Assembly: GCA_051453625.1 (NCBI GenBank)
Contig: JBOZIK010000001.1
Location: forward strand, 13,124,682 to 13,157,727
From: Welwitschia mirabilis
Taxonomy: Eukaryota
Length of the DNA stretch: 33,046 nucleotides
Reading direction: 5' to 3'
Part shown: positions 26,270 through 33,046 of the stretch, piece after piece
Numbering within the stretch: position 1 is the stretch's first letter
Layout: every line of letters begins with the position of its first letter
Made by a program: the position numbers and the translations under genes
The notes under the pieces: model-generated
Databases searched by the model: none
Told to the model about the DNA's origin: nothing
The model's input: only the letters and a program-made list of their open reading frames with translations

Positions 26270-27500
26270 GTGGTATGCTAACATTGTTAACTTTCTTATA
26301 AGTAAAAGATTACCCTCTTTTATGACTTATTATGAAAGAAAAAAATTATTAAGGAAGTCTAGAGATTAGATTTGGCATGATAAGATGTTATTTAGAGAAT
26401 GCAAGGACCATGTCATTGGAAGATGCATAGAGGAAAACTTACAAAAAGAAATTTTAAATAAAGTTCATGAGAGAGAAGGAGGAGAACGTTATGGTGCAAA
26501 GAGAATAAGAATAAAAATTCTCCATATGGAATATTATTGACTCATCATATTCAAGGATATAAATACTTATGTCTAAGGTTGTGATAAATATCAGAGAGAA
26601 GGCATAGTTAGAAAAAAGTTAGAAAGGCCACAACAATGGATTCAAGTGATTAAAACTTTTAACATTTGGAGAATAGATTTTATTGGACCTATTAATACTT
26701 CATCTTTTAGAAAGAAATACATCTTGGTCTATGTTGATTACTTCACTAAATGAACTGAGGTTGCATCTGTAACAAATTGTTCTTTCCAAACTATAGTTAA
26801 CTTTTTCCTTATGAATATCATCTACAGATTTGGAGCCCTCCAAATTCTTATATCTAATAGGGGAACTCATTTTATTAGTAAAGTCTTTGAGAAACTTTTA
26901 TCTAAGTTTGAAATCCATCATAAAATCCCTACTACCTATTACCCCCAATCCAATGGCGAAGTTGAAGTNNNNNATAAAAAGCTCAATAGAATATTAATAA
27001 AGGTTATAAACAATAGGAAAACTAATTGGGCTAATAAGTTATATGAAGCTCTATGGGCTTATAGAATAACTTGGAAACATACTACAAGATTTATTCTATA
27101 TAAATTAGTCTATGGGAAAGAGCTATTTTACTAATTAAATTTAGAATAAAAAATTTAAATTAGCTAAAAAATTAAAATGTAATTTAGACATAAAAAAGAA
27201 TGAATAGAAAACATGAATATTGTAGATGAAAATAGATAAGAAACTGTTCAACATAAAAAACTCATATAACAAAAAACTAAAATATATCATGATAACAAAA
27301 TTAGAAAAATAAATTTTAATGTATGAGATTCTGTATTAATTGATGATCCTAAGAAAATCCATTCAAAACAAAAATATGAACAAAATTGGCTAGGACCTTA
27401 TACTATAACAAAAATTATAGGAAATAGAACCATAAAAATCTATAATCCTGATGAAAACATAACCTACCAAGTTAATGGGTAAAGAGTAAGTTGTATTACA
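26270..27500 (+). pseudogene. Gypsy integrase with GPY/F motif (decayed)
   Basis: WYANIVNFL ~26271; DFIGP ~26677; VDYFTK ~26733; SNRGTHF; YPQSNGEVE; ALWAYR; WLGPY ~27387; VNG*RV ~27471. Confidence 0.93.
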
Positions 27501-27893
27501 ATCATAAATCCATACTTAATTATTTAGGAAACCCTAACAAAATGGAAAAAATACTTCNNNNNNNNNNNNNNNNNNNNNNNNNNNNNNNNNNNNNNNNNNN
27601 NNNNNNNNNNNNNNNNNNNNNNNNNNNNNNNNNNNNNNNNNNNNNNNNNNNNNNNNNACTTCTACTCTACATATGAAATAAAGCTTCAAAATTAGATAAT
27701 AAAAAGGACATGTCATTTCTTTAAAGTTTATTCATTCTATTAATTTATCAAGTTGTTTAACATGAATGAAATAATTATAAACTAAGAAGTAGATACGATA
27801 AGTCTTCAACAAAAAATTGTGAATTATCTTTATTAAGAAGATTAGGAATACACATTTCACCACATAAAAAAAAACCTTCTGAGTATTATTATT

Positions 27894-27909
27894 GAGAGAG
27901 AGAGAGAGA
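27894..27909 (+). repeat. (GA)8 microsatellite
   Basis: Direct reading of the sequence. Confidence 0.9.
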
Positions 27910-28473
27910 ACCACAATGTTTTACTACAAGTGTAGCAGGGAAAATATTCCTGAAAGGGGCCTTTGGAAGTATATCTTGGGGCTCTTTCTCCTCTAACAAC
28001 GGTTGCATGCTCCTCATTATGGCCAATCTAAGTTGTAAAATATGAAAAGTGGAAGAATAGTTATTCCCAAGAGTCATCTGAGACACAGCTAGTTATCAAA
28101 ACTAGAACCTTATCACAACTAGAGATTAGGAAAAAAAAAACTAGAAGGGAATATTCTGGTCTATGATGGAATGTGTATCAGAATATTTTCAATTCAATAG
28201 CATGCACAACTATTAAATTTTGTTTAAGTTGAGAGAAGACTTGAATTTTTAAATCAATTTACATGATCATAACGATTTAATGAATTATTTAGTTTGAATT
28301 TCCTTTAATAGAATAGATGTGTCCATAATAAAGTAAAAACAATAAAAGATAATTTATTTGAAATAAAACTCAAAAACTTTATTAAGCAAAGTAATTATTT
28401 CAACTAATTATAGAAATAAAAAGTGAAAACACTTCTCAAATCCCTAAATAAACTACTTCTCAACTTAAGCAAC

Positions 28474-29367
28474 TTAATTCTTAAAGTAATCACAAAACTT
28501 ATTTCTATTTTGAGAATGCCTAGTCTTTGATTTTGACCTTGCAAAATTCTCACATGAGGGTAAGAGATGCATCTCACTTAGATATTTAGTTAGCATACCA
28601 ATCTCCTCTATATGGGCTAGTCAAAAGTTTTGATAAGTTTTAGCATTCCATATTATCCTCTCTATATTTTCCTTTTCAAAACTTAATGTAACCAAGCTCA
28701 AGATAAAATTGGTGCCCTAAAGCTAATCAACTTTCTTATTTAGCACCTACATCTGTCTAGCTAGCTAACCCAAAGAAACGTCGTGATTCAATTTTTCATA
28801 ATNNNNNNNNNNNNNNNNNNNNNNNNNNNNNNNNNNNNNNNNNNNNNNNNNNNNNNNNNNNNNNNNNNNNNNNNNNNNNNNNNNNNNNNNNNNNNNNNNN
28901 NNACTTAATGTAATCAAGCTCAAGATAAAATTGGTGCCCTAAAGATAATCAACTTTCTTCTTTAGCACCTACATCTATCTAGCTAGCTAACCCAAAGAAA
29001 CGTCGTGATTCAATTTTTCATAATTGAGCTACTAACATAATTCTTCACTTCTTAACCGTAGATACTTACTAACTAAGTGATGAATCAAAACACAAAATCT
29101 TAGAGGAATGAAACCACTTCCAAAGTGATCCTTACTAACCTTAGTGATGAAGGAATCTAAAGAATATACAACCTCAGCTATCGATTTGTAATCATAGTAT
29201 GGAAACTGTTGAACTACATTTTCAAACCTGATAGAGACTTGAGATGATTGAGGATCTACAATGCTAATGTACATATCTATTTGTGTAGAACTTAAGCTGA
29301 ATAAATAATGCTTCACTTTCTTGATTCCAGAGGTAGCACTAAGACAAGAAGAAGGAGTGTAAGCCAT
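28474..29367 (-). pseudogene. Antisense accessory ORF remnant in the Gypsy 3' region, unknown function
   Basis: The 111-aa ORF 29032-29367 continues in frame through TAG stops (LNYEKLNHDVSLG*LAR*M*VLKKKVDYL*GTNF...ENIERIIWNAK...) to TAA at 28474. The duplicate copy across the gap has CAG where the other has TAG. Confidence 0.55.
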
Positions 29368-30403
29368 GGAGATTAAATAAGAAAAAAAGACAAAAAGTAA
29401 AATGTAACTAAGTGAAGATATTATTAGGCTTAAATGAAAATTGAGGAATGATCAGCATGAAGAAAGTATATTTTATAGCACAAGTCTTACTTTCTTGTCT
29501 GGCAAGTGTAATTTAACTAAGTTATCAAGTACACANNNNNNNNNNNNNNNNNNNNNNNNNNNNNNNNNNNNNNNNNNNNNNNNNNNNNNNNNNNNNNNNN
29601 NNNNNNNNNNNNNNNNNNNNNNNNNNNNNNNNNNNNNNNNNNNNNNNNNNNNNNNNNNNNNNNNNNNNNNNNNNNNNNNNNNNNNNNNNNNNNNNNNNNN
29701 NNNNNNNNNNNNNNNNNNNNNNNNNNNNNNNNNNNNNNNNNNNNNNNNNNNNNNNNNNNNNNNNNNNNNNNNNNNNNNNNNNNNNNNNNNNNNNNNNNNN
29801 NNNNNNNNNNNNNNNNNNNNNNNNNNNNNNNNNNNNNNNNNNNNNNNNNNNNNNNNNNNNNNNNNNNNNNNNNNNNNNNNNNNNNNNNNNNNNNNNNNNN
29901 NNNAAAGTATATTTTATAGCACAAGTCTTACTTTCTTGTCTGGCAAGTGTAATTTAGCTAAGTTATCAAGTGCACACGTGTTTATTTTTAAAGTGAAAGA
30001 TTTCATAAAAGGGATATACCTATTTTACCAAACAGCAAAAGTGTATTAAGTGTCATCATAGATCTTTAAACAAGTCTCAAATCAAGGAATCTCAAACTAA
30101 TCAAGATTCAACCTAAAGTTGAGACTTCAGATTTATTTANNNNNNNNNNNNNNNNNNNNNNNNNNNNNNNNNNNNNNNNNNNNNNNNNNNNNNNNNNNNN
30201 NNNNNNNNNNNNNNNNNNNNNNNNNNNNNNNNNNNNNNNNNNNNNNNNNNNNNNNNNNNNNNNNNNGTTGTATTTAATAACTCAGAAAAGATTTTCTTTT
30301 ATTTTTCAAGAAAGAATAAGGAAGGAAAGTCACCGGTGTTTTTCTCCAGCAAAATTTCATTGCAAATAAAACCTTGAAATCATTAGAAGAAGGAAGATCA
30401 CTT

Positions 30404-30802
30404 GGTTAATTGACACCAATCCAAGGTCAAAGCTTTGAGTCAGATTTTAAATTAGCCATTCAAAATTTAAATTCTTTGACTGACACCAACTCAAAGTCAA
30501 AACTTTGAATCAGATTTTAAGCCAAATTATTCATCTTCCTTACTCTATAAACCTACATTCAAATAAGTATCTTGAGATTGACTGACACCAACTCGAAGTA
30601 AAGACTCTAACTTGGATTTCAAGCCAATTCAAGTATTTCTTTACCCTACAATCAAGAGAAAAGAATCACCTGATCAACTAAAACCGATTCGAAGTAAGGA
30701 CTTTAACTAAGATTTTAAGCTAGACCCTTAGCACATAAGTTCTAAAAGTTAACTAACACCATCCCAAAGCTGAAGCTTTGAACTAGATTTAAAGCTAACT
30801 TT
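30404..30802. repeat. Array of five ~50-bp imperfect-palindrome (stem-loop) units with variable spacers
   Basis: Cores T(G/A)A(C/A)ACC...AAGC (AAAT in unit 1) start at 30411, 30481, 30583, 30679 and 30754 (periods 70, 102, 96, 75). Inner stems include TCAAAGT-caaa-ACTTTGA and CAAAGC-tgaa-GCTTTG. Confidence 0.9.
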
Positions 30803-30913
30803 AATCCTTCTAACTTGTCTTTTAAAGAGGAAGGTCTCATTCTTAATGATCCCTCTTAACTTCTCTATATAACTATAGCATGATATTTTTTTTTTAACTT
30901 ATACTTACCTTTA

Positions 30914-31246
30914 TTATGATGATAGTAGAAATTTGATGACTACTTTTAAACTCCTTCAATCATCTCTACAACATATTTAATGGGCCTCATTGAGAACTTG
31001 TGAGTCCTCAATAACCCTCGTCAAATTTGGTGTTATGAAGAGTGACTACCACTTAAATATACTTTTCAATGATCTAATCTTTTTACTTAAAGTTATTCTT
31101 GATAACTCCTCTGCATTCTTAACGACCTCCATTACAATGTCAACTTCACATCACATCAACCACATCAGCGTTCATGATGTTAGCTTTAACTTAGCAAAAT
31201 TTTCGAATTTCACCTCACAAAATCTACATCTAAATTTTTTTAACAT
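30914..31246 (-). pseudogene. Antisense ORF remnant with a zinc-finger-like N-terminus
   Basis: ATG at 31246 gives MLKKFRCRFCEVKFENFAKLK, then HHER*CG*CDVK in a frame shifted by one base. The original frame resumes as CEVDIVMEVVKNAEELSRITLSKKIRSL. Confidence 0.35.
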
Positions 31247-31611
31247 CGGCAAGGTATGAAAATTTCTAGTTACAACTATTTTCTTTACAGTAAGATTTCT
31301 CATTTATTTCTCAATCATGCAAATTAAATACAATAGTAAATATGAGTTTTGCCTAGTTAAANNNNNNNNNNNNNNNNNNNNNNNNNNNNNNNNNNNNNNN
31401 NNNNNNNNNNNNNNNNNNNNNNNNNNNNNNNNNNNNNNNNNNNNNNNNNNNNNNNNNNNNNAGTTAAAGCATGCAATAGGTTGCTAATTTCTACTTTCAC
31501 CTTGCATTTTTTACCTTATTATGTTTAGCTGTTTTCTTCTTTTCAAGCTTCTCGACAATGGTGGAATATCTTAGAGAAAAAATTTTAGGTATAGCTAATA
31601 CTCTACTCTAA

Positions 31612-31650
31612 GCATTCAAGAGCATGTTAAACTTTACTTGGGGGGAAGAG
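31612..31650 (+). promoter_or_regulatory. Athila-type internal polypurine-tract-like motif
   Basis: CATTCAAGAGCATGTTAAACTTTACTTGGGGGGAAGAG resembles the conserved non-coding Athila motif ending TTTGGGGG. It is not followed by a TG LTR start, so it is internal. Confidence 0.45.
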
Positions 31651-31869
31651 TTTAAGGGAATCAATACATGCAATGCTTTTACATACAGGTAAATAATGTT
31701 CTCTAAAGTAAGTTTTACTTAATAAGCTATTTTTGAAGGTCCTTTGTTACAAGACTTACAAGAATTTCTCTTTTATTTACATGTTTATTCTTGTTTAATT
31801 CTAGCTTTAATACAAATACTTATAGAATATAGGGTTATTTTTATGTTGAATTTCACTCAAATTCTTTTA

Positions 31870-33046
31870 GATCCCTACTTAACAGAATTTAAATAAAAAC
31901 TTGTTGAGTTGGGATGGTACGAGTGGCTTACCCTCAATAATAGATTCTCTTTGGAATCTATATAAAAATTTAAGAATCAACGATGACAAAACTGTACTAG
32001 AAACTACTATAGGGAACTAGAAGATAATAATTACCTAAGAAGACATAAGAGAAATTTTGCACCTTCCACCCAATGGAAAGTCCATAGATAATACCAATAA
32101 AAAGGAAGATATAAATCTAAGTGTGAGTCTGCTAGAACAGGTGGTATTCCAAGCAATTATATTCGTTAAGAATGACATAGATCCAAAACTCTTTATTATT
32201 TCTAAAATTGTAGCCAGAAATGTAATATCCATTCTTCACAAACAAAAGGATATCATATTACTTTGTCTATATATAATAGTAGCAGTGAAGGATAAGACAA
32301 ACCACACCAATGTGAATATTACAGAAGGGATCTTTTTAGGGTTGGTAAGGCATATTACCAAATTAAATAAAGTTGAAATTGGATCTTTGGGAGTAGAAGG
32401 ACTTGGATTTCCTTCTTTAATCACCTAAATTTTGAGTAAAAATAAAGTTCCATTTCAACCGACCAAGTCTTGTATTGAGGTTTCTATTTAAACTTTGTTT
32501 GGGGTTAAGGAGTTAAGTCTTGTGAAAACTCCAAGACTCAAGGGAATCTTCTTCTACTCTTCAAAGTTTACCTTCATTAATACCCTCCTCAAGTTTGTCA
32601 GAAGACCTAATCTAGTTCACATTTGAAGAACTTTTGCTATTCCAGTCATTTCAGTCTAGTCAATTCTTCAAAGTACTATAGGAAGACACATTGGATAGCT
32701 TTTATAATGCTCTGAATTCAGTTAAAGATGAAATTCAAATTTGTCTAAGCAGGAAAGAAAAAGTTTTAAAATTACAAGATTAGGTTAGTAATCTAAAAGC
32801 TATAAATGAATTCTTAAAACAGAAATTAGATCAAGCAAAAGAGAATAATAAATAGCTATGTGAAGAGATCACTAGCCTAGAAGAAGATATTCATCTCTCT
32901 AAATCTTTCAAATAAGTAAGCAGGAAATTACAAAGGGTTTATTAATGCATTGCTGAACTAGAATCAGCTGTCGAAGACAAAGGAAATATAAAATTTTTGA
33001 GAGAAAGGGTAAAGATGTTAGCATTCTTATTATAGAATTTGGATTC
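31870..33046 (+). pseudogene. Sense accessory ORF of the Gypsy element (Transposase_32/Athila env-like-type) with a coiled-coil-like C-terminus; truncated by the window end
   Basis: KLVELGWYEWL ~31897; after a frameshift, WNLYKNLRINDDKTVLETTIGN*KIIIT*EDIREILHLPPNG (from 31952) runs in frame into the 123-aa ORF ending GLGFPSLIT*IL. Heptad-like KLQD*VSNLKAINEFLKQKLDQAKENNK*LCEEITSLEED from ~32769. Confidence 0.7.

Larger units (their letters stand above)
20862..33046 (+). mobile_element. Degenerate Athila-like (non-chromovirus) Ty3/Gypsy LTR retrotransposon; 3' LTR not in window
   Basis: LTR end followed by a tRNA-Asn PBS; order gag-PR-RT-RH-INT; Athila-type motifs (PISDSEW, KDHF.PF.DQ.LE.L, FLDGYS.YN, DLG protease). 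No extra archaeal-type RNase H between RH and INT and no chromodomain seen. Assigning 27660-33046 to the same element is inferred. Confidence 0.8.

Noticed and set aside
30404-30802. CRISPR array (palindromic repeats with variable spacers)
   Set aside because: Eukaryotic TE context, no cas genes, divergent repeats, irregular periods, and spacers partly homologous to each other.
30404-30802. Twister or hammerhead ribozyme (TAACAC...hairpin...AAGC resemblance)
   Set aside because: No downstream strand pairing with CACC and no GA-plus-pseudoknot segment for twister; no CTGANGA/GAAA core for hammerhead. A simple two-stem hairpin explains the unit.
31638-31660. Terminal PPT and start of a 3' LTR
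   Set aside because: Not followed by TG or by sequence resembling 20862-21818, and an ORF remnant follows, so it is treated as internal.

Overview
AT-rich, CpG/CHG-depleted, gap-rich eukaryotic DNA, almost certainly from a land plant. It consists nearly entirely of decayed retrotransposons; I find no intact host gene, RNA gene or CRISPR array. From left to right: (1) an unassigned minus-strand coding remnant (1-1025); (2) a degenerate L1-type LINE, LINE-A (ORF2 about 5989-9760); (3) a full-length degenerate L1, LINE-B (about 13017-19408), bounded by a candidate 9-bp target-site duplication; (4) possible decayed exons (20385-20850); (5) an Athila-like Ty3/Gypsy element with a candidate 5' LTR at 20862-21818, a tRNA-Asn PBS and gag-PR-RT-RH-INT to about 27500, whose >5.5 kb 3' region runs off the window. 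The most notable observation is that LINE-B carries a ~370-codon third ORF or C-terminal extension where plant L1s often have RNase H. It resembles the accessory ('env-like'/Transposase_32-type) ORF of LTR retrotransposons, and a similar ORF sits in the Gypsy 3' region of this same window. That 3' region also holds an array of five or more ~50-nt stem-loop units and two antisense ORF remnants, one zinc-finger-like. All protein calls come from my manual translation and motif recognition through many stops and frameshifts; no database search was run. Most ORF-track entries are N-gap or antisense artefacts.
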